From: Acidobacteriota bacterium
GTDB taxonomy: Bacteria; Acidobacteriota; UBA6911; JACQSX01
Length of the DNA stretch: 64,000 nt
Direction: 5' to 3'
NCBI GenBank assembly: GCA_036507075.1
Contig: DASXQR010000010.1
Span: forward strand, 1-64,000
The translations under genes and the position numbers were made by a program. This document shows positions 56,408 through 64,000 of this stretch, one piece after another. The notes below the pieces were generated by a model. It was not told the DNA's origin, made no database searches, and saw nothing but the letters and a program-made list of their open reading frames with translations. Within the stretch, counting starts at the first letter, position 1. Each line of letters opens with the position of its first letter.

Positions 56408-57778
56408 ATGAAATACGACGCGATCGTGATAGGGTCCGGTCAGGGCGGCAATCCTCTTTCCCACAAGCTGGCCGACCTTGGCTGGACGGTGGCTTTGATC
56501 GAGAAAGAACATCTGGGCGGCACCTGCATCAACACCGGATGCACCCCCACCAAGACCATGGTGGCCAGCGCTCAGGTAGCCCACTACGCGCGCAACGCGT
56601 CTCGCTGGGGCGTACACACGGGCGACGTCAAGGTCGATCTGCCTGCCGTTGTGGCCCGCAAGAACAAGATCGTGCAGTCATTCCGCTCCGGGCAGCAGCG
56701 CCAGGTGGACGCGCGCAAAAAACTGCACCTTCACCACGGGCAGGCCCGATTCACGGGTCCCCATCAGATCCAGGTCGGAGAAGAAAGGCTGGACAGCGAG
56801 CGAATCTTTATTAATACCGGCACCCGTCCTGACATTCCCCGCCTTGCCGGGCTCGATACGGTCGATTACCTCACAAACGCGAGCGTCATGGAATTAAGCG
56901 AGATTCCGGAGCATCTCCTTGTAATCGGCGGTGGTTACATAGGCCTGGAATTCGGCCAGATGTTCCGGCGCTTCGGAAGCCGCGTCACGGTCGTCCACCG
57001 TGGTGATGTCCTTCTCGGACGCGAAGATGCCGATGTCGCACAGGAACTGCAGAAGGCGCTCGAGAGCGAAGGGATGCACTTTGTGCTCAACTGCCGGACG
57101 ACTCGCGTCGAGCGCAAGAACGGGCGCGTCAACTTGGCTGTGGAGACCAGCCAGGGATCGGAAGAAATCACAAGCTCGCATCTGCTCATCGCCACGGGAC
57201 GCCGTCCCAATACCGACGATCTCGGACTGGACCAGGCTGGAATCGCGACCGATGAGCGCGGTTTCATTCATGTCAACAATCGACTAGAGACCAATGTGCC
57301 GGGTGTCTGGGCGCTGGGGGATGTCAAAGGCGGACCGGCCTTCACCCACATCTCCTACAATGACTTCCAGATAATTTACGGGAATTTGATCGAGGGCAAA
57401 AACCTGAGCATCAAAGATCGATATGTGCCGTACTCCGTCTTCACGGACCCGCAACTGGGTCGCGTCGGCCTCACGGAAAAAGAGGCGCGAGCCTCAGGCC
57501 GCAAGCTCAAGATGGGAACCAACCGAATGGAGCGCGTCGCTCGCGCCATTGAGCGCGATGAAACAGCGGGCATGATGAAGCTCCTCGTTGACGCGGAAAC
57601 CGACAAGATCCTGGGCGCCGCCATACTCTCCACAGAAGGCGGCGAGCTGGTTCAGATTCTTGGCGCCCTCATGCTTGCCGGCGCGCCGTACACGGTGCTG
57701 AAAGGGGCGGTTTACATACACCCGACATTGGTCGAAGGATTCTTTGGACTGATGGATAGCGTAAAGCCGGCGAACTGA
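56408..57778 (+). CDS. Pyridine nucleotide-disulfide oxidoreductase (mercuric-reductase-like, not true MerA)
   Basis: GSGQGG, GGTCINTGCTPTK, GGGYIGLE, HPT; no metal-binding N-domain or C-terminal Cys pair. Confidence 0.9.
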   Translation: MKYDAIVIGSGQGGNPLSHKLADLGWTVALIEKEHLGGTCINTGCTPTKTMVASAQVAHYARNASRWGVHTGDVKVDLPAVVARKNKIVQSFRSGQQRQVDARKKLHLHHGQARFTGPHQIQVGEERLDSERIFINTGTRPDIPRLAGLDTVDYLTNASVMELSEIPEHLLVIGGGYIGLEFGQMFRRFGSRVTVVHRGDVLLGREDADVAQELQKALESEGMHFVLNCRTTRVERKNGRVNLAVETSQGSEEITSSHLLIATGRRPNTDDLGLDQAGIATDERGFIHVNNRLETNVPGVWALGDVKGGPAFTHISYNDFQIIYGNLIEGKNLSIKDRYVPYSVFTDPQLGRVGLTEKEARASGRKLKMGTNRMERVARAIERDETAGMMKLLVDAETDKILGAAILSTEGGELVQILGALMLAGAPYTVLKGAVYIHPTLVEGFFGLMDSVKPAN

Positions 57779-57793
57779 AAGGGCAGGGCCGGC

Positions 57794-58609
57794 TCAGCTT
57801 CTTGGTTGCGGCCAAGCCGTGTGGCTCTGCAGTGAATTTTTCGCGCGTTGTGCCGCTCGCGGCTCTGTGAGTGCCGGCGATGAAAGTGCGGCGAATTCTC
57901 TCATCGCTTTCCATGCCTCGCGGCGAACCACCAGCGACGGGCGTGCCAGGCGCAGCCGATCTACAGCCGCTTCTACGGTCGTGGCGAAGCCATTTGCCAG
58001 CAGATAAGCGCCCAACACTGCCGCACTGCGTGAATACCCGACCTTGCAGTGCACATAGACCGTGCCTCGATTCGATTGTTCGGCAATGAAGGCCACCGCT
58101 TCCCGTAACTGGTTCTGCGTCGGACCCGTCAAGTCGAGAATCGGAATGTGTCGGCGCGTGATCTCCAGGAATGGCGACGACTCCGAAAACTCCGCGGTCA
58201 GATCCAACACAGACGTTACTCCGTGGCGGAGAGCTTCGGCGGCCTCCTTATCCGTCAGCTTGCGCCCCATCCACACTCCCGGGATAACGACATCCCAAGG
58301 ACGACATTGACGCCGGTAGTACGCGAGGGAGAGCTGCTGGCCAAAAAGATAGGGTGCGAGCAGGATTCGTCCGCTGAGCGGCAGGTACCCTTCCTTCTTC
58401 CGGAAGACTTTCGCGCCTGCTCCACAGTAGGCCACCGTCACCACAGCCAGCGAGAGAGCCGGCCAGAGAAAGATCGCCGTCCAGGGTCGCCCGAGAAAGG
58501 CCAATCCACACATTGCCAAAGTTCCGATCGCATAACAGGCTGCCACCGTGACGCTGCCAGGCAGCAGCGACAGAAACATCGACGCCCTGGCCGCTGATAA
58601 GGCCTTCAT
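57794..58609 (-). CDS. YnbD-like dual-specificity phosphatase, apparently lacking the PAP2-like membrane domain
   Basis: LDLTAEF, VHCKVGYSRSA; ATGA overlap with upstream gene; 271 aa. Confidence 0.75.
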   Translation of the reverse strand: MKALSAARASMFLSLLPGSVTVAACYAIGTLAMCGLAFLGRPWTAIFLWPALSLAVVTVAYCGAGAKVFRKKEGYLPLSGRILLAPYLFGQQLSLAYYRRQCRPWDVVIPGVWMGRKLTDKEAAEALRHGVTSVLDLTAEFSESSPFLEITRRHIPILDLTGPTQNQLREAVAFIAEQSNRGTVYVHCKVGYSRSAAVLGAYLLANGFATTVEAAVDRLRLARPSLVVRREAWKAMREFAALSSPALTEPRAAQRAKNSLQSHTAWPQPRS

Positions 58610-60366
58610 GTCCGAATTCGCCGAGCAGCGGATACAGTGAATATTCCCCACCGATCAATTTCCTGCGAACTTTTCACGAACCCTGCGGCCCGGACCAGTT
58701 CATCCATCTCTGCCTGCGTGCGGCGACGCATTCGCCAGGGCTTCCCTTCACGATTGGTCAGGACACCCGCGATGAAGTTCAACTGCGGATGCCAGGGTTG
58801 ATTGGTGTAGATAAGATGCCCTTCGGGTTCGATCGCGTCCGTGAGCCCATAAAGCGATTCGAGCACCTGCCGGTTGCCCGGAAACAGCTCGTACAGTCCC
58901 GACACGATGCCGATCGTGGATCGAGGCACGGCAGCCGCCAGAGAGGCGCGGTCGAAGGCGTCGCCCTGAAGTGTGATTACGTTTTCCAGACCCAGTTCGC
59001 GAGCCAGCCGGCGCGCCGCGTCAAGGTTTTCCGTCTTATAATCGCACAGTACTGCCGTAATCGGAATGTGCCTGAGCTCCTGCATGGTCTGCAAGATGTA
59101 ACGCCCCGGGCCTGAAGCGACGTCGAATATGCGGACCGGCCGGCCGGCAGCGTGCGTAGCCAGGATGGCATTACGCAGCGTCTTTTGAAGATGATTGCGG
59201 CGCTGACGGATGCCTCGCCATCCGACGCTGTTCAAGTACGCGCGATCGATGGAACAGCCGAGCGGCGTCACCCCCTGCGGCCTGTTGTCATAGACGTAGT
59301 CGAGTGTCATCCCCGAGTCGAATCCCGTCCGCCATCCGAGTCGAATTCCGGCGCTCAACCGGCCGACGGTCTTCAGGGCAAAGCGCATCGCAGCGTACGA
59401 GACGCGCCTCTCGCGCCGAAGACAGTCGTACTCGGCTCTGGTGTAGCCATGTTCATCGGCATCGAGAAGCGACGCGTGTCCGTTAGGTCTCTGGAATTGT
59501 TTGAGCATGAATTCACGGAGAACCGCGATCAGGCGACGGCGATCCTTCTCGTGGAAGACCGCATGATGAAAGCCGCGAAAGATCAGCAACTGTTTGCTAT
59601 GCGATGAGAGCCCTTCCAGGAACTTCTGCTGGGCCCCAAGCTTCACAATCCAGTCCGAGCCGGCGCTCACCATAAGAGTCGGCACCGTGATCGCGCCTGC
59701 ATCCGACAGCAGGCGCGTGGAAGTATCGTGCAGGTCCAGCAGGACATTGACGGCGATCTGGCGAAAGATAAATTCGTCGTCCTGGTACCGCCTGGCTTCC
59801 TCCAGATCGTGCGTCAGCATTCTCGCTTTTACGTAACTCTTTACGTAACCCGGCCCCAGCAGCTTCTGCCGCAAACGTAAGAGCGTCACCGCGAAGGGGA
59901 AGTACAATTTGACGCGAAACGCCGGCGTCGCCAGGATCAGGGCGCGAATCGGCGGCGCATAGTCATGCACCCACGCGGCGACTATCACCGCGCCGACGCT
60001 ATGCGCCATCACAATCATGTCTTCCGTTGCGATTCCATACCGCTCTGAGACATGACGCACAAAATCATCCACGTCCTTGACCAGCATGGACAGGTTCACG
60101 GCCGAGCCTCTTTCACCTGATGAACGCCCGTGCCCGCGGGCATCCCAGGCGAAAACAGCCACATCGTCGAGTGCAAGCGCTTCCACTGTCTGCTGCCAGC
60201 GGGCAGAGTGCTCGTGCCCGCGATGGAACAGCAGAAGCGCTTTCTTTGCGCGCATTGACGGAAGCCAGACACGATAAAACAATTCCCCACCATCGGGAAG
60301 CGCCAGGGTGTGCTCTGTTTGTCGGAAGGACGTTGCCCTGTTCGGGCTTGTTTCAACTTCGATCAT
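58606..60366 (-). CDS. ynbC: YnbC-like bifunctional alpha/beta hydrolase / SAM methyltransferase
   Basis: FHRGHEHS, AHSVG, GFDSG.TLDYVY, YTNQPWHPQL, MRRRTQAEMD. Confidence 0.88.
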   Translation of the reverse strand: MIEVETSPNRATSFRQTEHTLALPDGGELFYRVWLPSMRAKKALLLFHRGHEHSARWQQTVEALALDDVAVFAWDARGHGRSSGERGSAVNLSMLVKDVDDFVRHVSERYGIATEDMIVMAHSVGAVIVAAWVHDYAPPIRALILATPAFRVKLYFPFAVTLLRLRQKLLGPGYVKSYVKARMLTHDLEEARRYQDDEFIFRQIAVNVLLDLHDTSTRLLSDAGAITVPTLMVSAGSDWIVKLGAQQKFLEGLSSHSKQLLIFRGFHHAVFHEKDRRRLIAVLREFMLKQFQRPNGHASLLDADEHGYTRAEYDCLRRERRVSYAAMRFALKTVGRLSAGIRLGWRTGFDSGMTLDYVYDNRPQGVTPLGCSIDRAYLNSVGWRGIRQRRNHLQKTLRNAILATHAAGRPVRIFDVASGPGRYILQTMQELRHIPITAVLCDYKTENLDAARRLARELGLENVITLQGDAFDRASLAAAVPRSTIGIVSGLYELFPGNRQVLESLYGLTDAIEPEGHLIYTNQPWHPQLNFIAGVLTNREGKPWRMRRRTQAEMDELVRAAGFVKSSQEIDRWGIFTVSAARRIRT

Positions 60367-60394
60367 GACAATACTCCTCGCCTGCGACGCGCGA

Positions 60395-61117
60395 TCATTG
60401 TGAGTCGCCGGCCAGCGCGAGCACTTCATTGCGAAGTTCCGCGCAAATGTGACGTGCCGAATCGATTCCGCCCTCGCGGTCGGAGTAAGTGCGCGGCTCT
60501 CCGATTGTCAACCGGATTTGACCCGGCCTTGGAAACCATCGGTGCCTCGACCATGATTCGTAGGCGCCTGCCAGGTAACAAGGGACTACCGGGTACCGCG
60601 TTCCTGCCAGCAGCAGCCCTACACCCGACTTGAATTCAGCGATTTCTCCCGCCGCCGATCGCGTCCCTTCAGGAAAGAAGATCAGGACGTTACCGGGGGC
60701 CGCGAGCAACTGCCGGCAAAGATTCAGGCTCTCGCAGGCGCGCGCCTGCCGGTCGAACGGCAGGGCGTTTACCGCAACCACAGCGGCGATCAGGCGCGAA
60801 CTTCTAACAAAGAAGTAGTCCTGCGCAGCGGCCGGAAAAGCGTGGTGCACTCTTCTTAACTGCAGCGCCGCCAGCAGGCAGAGCGCATCAAGATGGCTCG
60901 AGTGATTGGCGACCATCACGAACGATTCGCTTTTTGGAAGTTTTCCTTGACCCGTAATCGACAGACGATGGTACGTGCGAAGCCACAAACGCATCAGGAG
61001 TGCGGAGATCAGTCTTGCCCCATATACCAGCATGTCCGGCTCGCGCGGAAAAATTCGGAGCCGCTCAAGCGGCGTCACATCCAAATCTCGCGCCGAATCA
61101 TATTGCCATGCGCTCAT
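60395..61117 (-). CDS. Lysophospholipid acyltransferase (PlsC-like)
   Basis: NHSSHLD and FFPEGTRS. Confidence 0.9.
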   Translation of the reverse strand: MSAWQYDSARDLDVTPLERLRIFPREPDMLVYGARLISALLMRLWLRTYHRLSITGQGKLPKSESFVMVANHSSHLDALCLLAALQLRRVHHAFPAAAQDYFFVRSSRLIAAVVAVNALPFDRQARACESLNLCRQLLAAPGNVLIFFPEGTRSAAGEIAEFKSGVGLLLAGTRYPVVPCYLAGAYESWSRHRWFPRPGQIRLTIGEPRTYSDREGGIDSARHICAELRNEVLALAGDSQ

Positions 61118-61215
61118 AATCAATCTCGCTCGCTTCCGCGAATAATCGCCCGGCCAAGAGCAGTCAAAGATTTATCCACAATGATGCGACCCATACCCAC
61201 CGATCCACGACACTC

Positions 61216-62163
61216 TCAATAGAGATCATGAAAATATCGGATCATATGGAGGAACAATGGCGCCGTATAAACGAGGCTGTCCACGCGATCCAGGATGCCT
61301 CCGTGTCCGGGAATGCAGGCGCCCATGTCTTTGATTCCCAGATCACGCTTAATCACACTCACAGCCAGGTCTCCCAACTGCCCTCCCACGCCGATGATCA
61401 AACCGGCCAGCAGGCAGTCGCGTGGTTGAAAATCAGGAAGCGTAAACCGCAGCAGCCACGGCAGGGTCATGGAGACCGCCAGCGCGGCCAGCGATCCTTC
61501 CCAGGTTTTGTTGGGACTGATGTTGCTCCTGAGCGGATGAACGCCAAAGAACTTCCCGCAGACGTACCCAGCCACGTCATTCAGCTCCACCGCGAACAGA
61601 ACGAAGAGTAGATAGCTGTACGCGTGAACGGCATTCGTTAGAAAAGCCAGGTGGCCGAACATCCAGCCGAAGTAAATGAATCCCACGATCGACAGAGCCA
61701 GCGACTGCAACTGTCCGCGCACCCGGTTCCGCGCGATGGGGATGATCAGAATTGCAGCAATCACATAAACAGGCAGCGCCATAAAGAGTCCGTACCAGCC
61801 GGGCACGTGTGCGTGGGGGTCAGAGACAAATGAAATCACGCCGGCAGCGACGATTCCGAGGTAAACGACCGCGGTCATCAACCAGTCGCGGTAAAGCCCG
61901 GTAGCGCGGGCGAACTCTTTAAAGGCGATCATCGCGACAATGGTAAAGAACAGGATGGACGTGCCCCGGCCCAATAAAATCGAGAAAACCAGCACGGGCA
62001 TCATCATCAGCCAGCCGCGGTACGCCCTTAGAGCCTGGTCCACCTTTGCGCCGAATCCCCATTTCAACAGCGCAATCACTCCCCCGGCCAATACCAGAGC
62101 CTCCAACGTGATAACCAAATAAAATCTGAAGACGTCACTCTGCAGCGCTGCATGCACCGACAT
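61216..62163 (-). CDS. ynbB: Phosphatidate cytidylyltransferase (YnbB-like)
   Basis: ISPNKTWEG, IKRDLGIKD, IPGHGGILDRVDSL. Confidence 0.88.
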   Translation of the reverse strand: MSVHAALQSDVFRFYLVITLEALVLAGGVIALLKWGFGAKVDQALRAYRGWLMMMPVLVFSILLGRGTSILFFTIVAMIAFKEFARATGLYRDWLMTAVVYLGIVAAGVISFVSDPHAHVPGWYGLFMALPVYVIAAILIIPIARNRVRGQLQSLALSIVGFIYFGWMFGHLAFLTNAVHAYSYLLFVLFAVELNDVAGYVCGKFFGVHPLRSNISPNKTWEGSLAALAVSMTLPWLLRFTLPDFQPRDCLLAGLIIGVGGQLGDLAVSVIKRDLGIKDMGACIPGHGGILDRVDSLVYTAPLFLHMIRYFHDLY

Positions 62164-62166
62164 GAC

Positions 62167-62916
62167 TCATGCCTCCCGCCACGCAGCGGACGAAGCCGGC
62201 TTTTTCGGGCTTCCAGCCAGCACACGCCTGATTCGGATCAACCTGACGCCGATGGTTTCAACACACCCGAAAATAATGGAGAGATTCGTCCAGTCCAGGA
62301 CCGACAGGCCTGCATAAATGATTTGCCCGCTTCCCCACCAGAGCAGCCCCAACGTGAGCCACCCCCCCAGATGCAGCGCAACAATTCGCCAAGGTTTGGA
62401 CATAACACCGCTGAACTCACGCTGCGCGCCCACGGCCTGGCCGAGTGTTCCGACGTAGGCAACCAGCAGCGCGAAAATTGCGGACCAGTAACCGCCGAGC
62501 GGCCGGCAAAGACCGCTGTGCGCCACACCTGCAAAAGTGATGACGTCAGAAAGGCGATCCGGCAATTCGTTGACAATTTCGCCGGCGGGGCTCCCCGTGC
62601 CGGAGGCCAGGGCCACCATCCCGTCGAGCATATTCAGCCAAAGCCGCAAGTAGCAAAACACAACCGCCGCGATCAGCAGTGAAGGCATGGCCTGTGACTG
62701 CCAGAAGCACACTCCGGCCGCCGACGCAGCCAGGATTGAGGTGTAAGAGATCAAGTCCGGATGGATGCCGACAGCCACACAGAAACGAACCGCGCCGCGC
62801 GCAGTGCGACGAACCAGGTCCGATATCGGCCGTCGAGAACGGGGCCGGTAAGATCCGGACTCCCAGTCCCCGGACTTCCGTGGCGGCGCGACTATCTTCA
62901 CTGTTCCATAGCGCAT
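62167..62916 (-). CDS. ynbA: CDP-alcohol phosphatidyltransferase (YnbA-like)
   Basis: NMLDGMVA, GEIVNELPDRLSD, G.MSKP.R; start chosen at MRYG. Confidence 0.85.
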   Translation of the reverse strand: MRYGTVKIVAPPRKSGDWESGSYRPRSRRPISDLVRRTARGAVRFCVAVGIHPDLISYTSILAASAAGVCFWQSQAMPSLLIAAVVFCYLRLWLNMLDGMVALASGTGSPAGEIVNELPDRLSDVITFAGVAHSGLCRPLGGYWSAIFALLVAYVGTLGQAVGAQREFSGVMSKPWRIVALHLGGWLTLGLLWWGSGQIIYAGLSVLDWTNLSIIFGCVETIGVRLIRIRRVLAGSPKKPASSAAWREA

Positions 62917-63130
62917 GTTGAAACACCCCTGTCCTCCGAAGGCAAATCTGGGACCATTCGCCAACCGGCGACTGTCTTCTGGCAGCAGGCGAATCGAGAC
63001 GGGCAAATGAGTTTCTAAAGCCTTGCAGCCGTGCCTATTCGAACTTTCTCTCCAACCTGAAGGGATACCGTCGGCGGGGGGACTGCTGGTTGTGACTCCC
63101 GCGGTCACAGATGTGAACTCAAATTCGGTC

Positions 63131-64000
63131 TCAACTGATGCTGCCGGTACTGAGCTCGATTGCCTGGCGCCGGACAGCAGAAAGATCCAACTTGCCGGTT
63201 CCCAATAACGGGATGTTTTCAATGCGAAAAAATGCGTTCGGGCGGGGTATCCAAAGGTTTGGAAGGCCTGACTTGTCCAGGTTGGCAAGAAGCCGCTCCA
63301 GCACCTGGTCGGGCAAGGTATGCAGAACGACGAGCTTTTCTCCTTTGCGATCGTCTGGAACGCCCACCACAGCCAAAACCTGCTCGCCGATTCCCGTCAA
63401 CTCCTGCAGCGCTTCCTCGATGCGTAAATGCGGGACCATCTCACCTCCAATCTTGCTGAAGCGCGAAAGCCGGTCTGTAACGTGAATGAAGCCATCCTCG
63501 TCAACCATGGCGATGTCACCGGTTACGTACCATCCGTCGCGAATCACCTCGGCGGTTTTATCCGGCCTGTTCAGATAACCGATCATCACATTGCCCCCCT
63601 TGACCAGAAGCAAACCGGGCTGTCCGCTGAGAACCGGCTGCAGGGTCGCAGGATCGACAATTTGTACGCTCACGCCCGGAAGAGGTTGTCCGATGGTTCC
63701 GCTCCTGTGACCTGCCTGGTAAAAGCCGGCGCTTCGAAAATCGGGCACGTTTACCGAGACGACAGGCGAGCACTCCGTGCAGCCATAACCCTCCATGACG
63801 TGAATACCGAATCTCTCTTCAAACGACCGGGCAACGGCGGCGCTCAACTTTTCGGCCCCCGCGATGACATATTGAAGACCCCCCAGCAACTCGGGCTCGC
63901 AGCGGCGGATCAGGCTCTGGAGCATTGTGGGCGTGGCAAGAAGCATGGTGGCGCGGCAACGCGCCGCCAGCACTCCCACAGCGCGTGAATCAAAAGGATT
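63131..64000 (-). CDS. C-terminal AMP-binding domain of Aas-like acyl-ACP synthetase/acyltransferase (runs off window)
   Basis: EGYGCTECSPVVSVN, GWYVTGD, DRLSRFSKIGGEMVPH, LGTGKLD. Confidence 0.88.
   Translation of the reverse strand, partial: NPFDSRAVGVLAARCRATMLLATPTMLQSLIRRCEPELLGGLQYVIAGAEKLSAAVARSFEERFGIHVMEGYGCTECSPVVSVNVPDFRSAGFYQAGHRSGTIGQPLPGVSVQIVDPATLQPVLSGQPGLLLVKGGNVMIGYLNRPDKTAEVIRDGWYVTGDIAMVDEDGFIHVTDRLSRFSKIGGEMVPHLRIEEALQELTGIGEQVLAVVGVPDDRKGEKLVVLHTLPDQVLERLLANLDKSGLPNLWIPRPNAFFRIENIPLLGTGKLDLSAVRRQAIELSTGSIS

Noticed and set aside
56408..57778. merA mercury resistance gene
   Set aside because: No C-terminal cysteine pair, no metal-binding N-domain and no other mer genes.
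62917..63288. N-terminal extension of the YnbA-like ORF to 373 aa
   Set aside because: Overlaps the Aas-like gene and lacks family features; start at 62916 preferred.
720..63988. Long antisense ORFs such as 720..1538, 9563..10693, 29346..30284 and 54457..55362
   Set aside because: Shadows of well-supported genes in GC-rich DNA with no family motifs.
1..64000. tRNA, rRNA or prophage genes
   Set aside because: None recognised by eye; a covariance-model scan would be needed to exclude small RNAs.

Overview
GC-rich bacterial DNA whose gene content (carboxypeptidase-regulatory-domain TonB receptors, CRTAC1/ASPIC protein, DUF1501/DUF1553 and DUF1592/DUF1552 pairs) suggests Acidobacteriota; that placement is inference. 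It falls into three zones. (1) 1-20.3 kb: intact secreted/Tat/heme-motif 'planctomycete-type' DUF genes, a TonB receptor, two LRR proteins and DinB genes. (2) 20.3-34.7 kb: a decaying accessory region. Its core is a chromosomal integron with an internally deleted 71-aa IntI, a near-consensus Pc promoter, attI and about a dozen intact or broken attC sites on the minus strand. Toxin-antitoxin cassettes are intact. Shedu-, Mrr-, GIY-YIG- and APH(6)-like cassettes are broken. An IS110 remnant sits inside an attC, there is a collapsed integrase/IS91 element, and a stray ftsY 3' end marks the boundary. (3) 34.7-64 kb: housekeeping and transport genes (glyA, DinG-like helicase, NAD kinase, deoxyhypusine synthase-like protein), a metal-uptake operon led by an unannotated CxxC/RAPP leader ORF, and an Aas-ynbABCD-like lipid cluster. 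Many intergenic gaps outside the integron hold modular inverted-repeat elements built from 6-, 7- or 8-10-bp periodic arms with a shared grammar. No CRISPR array, tRNA or rRNA was recognised. All family calls are from motif recognition by eye; no database searches were run.
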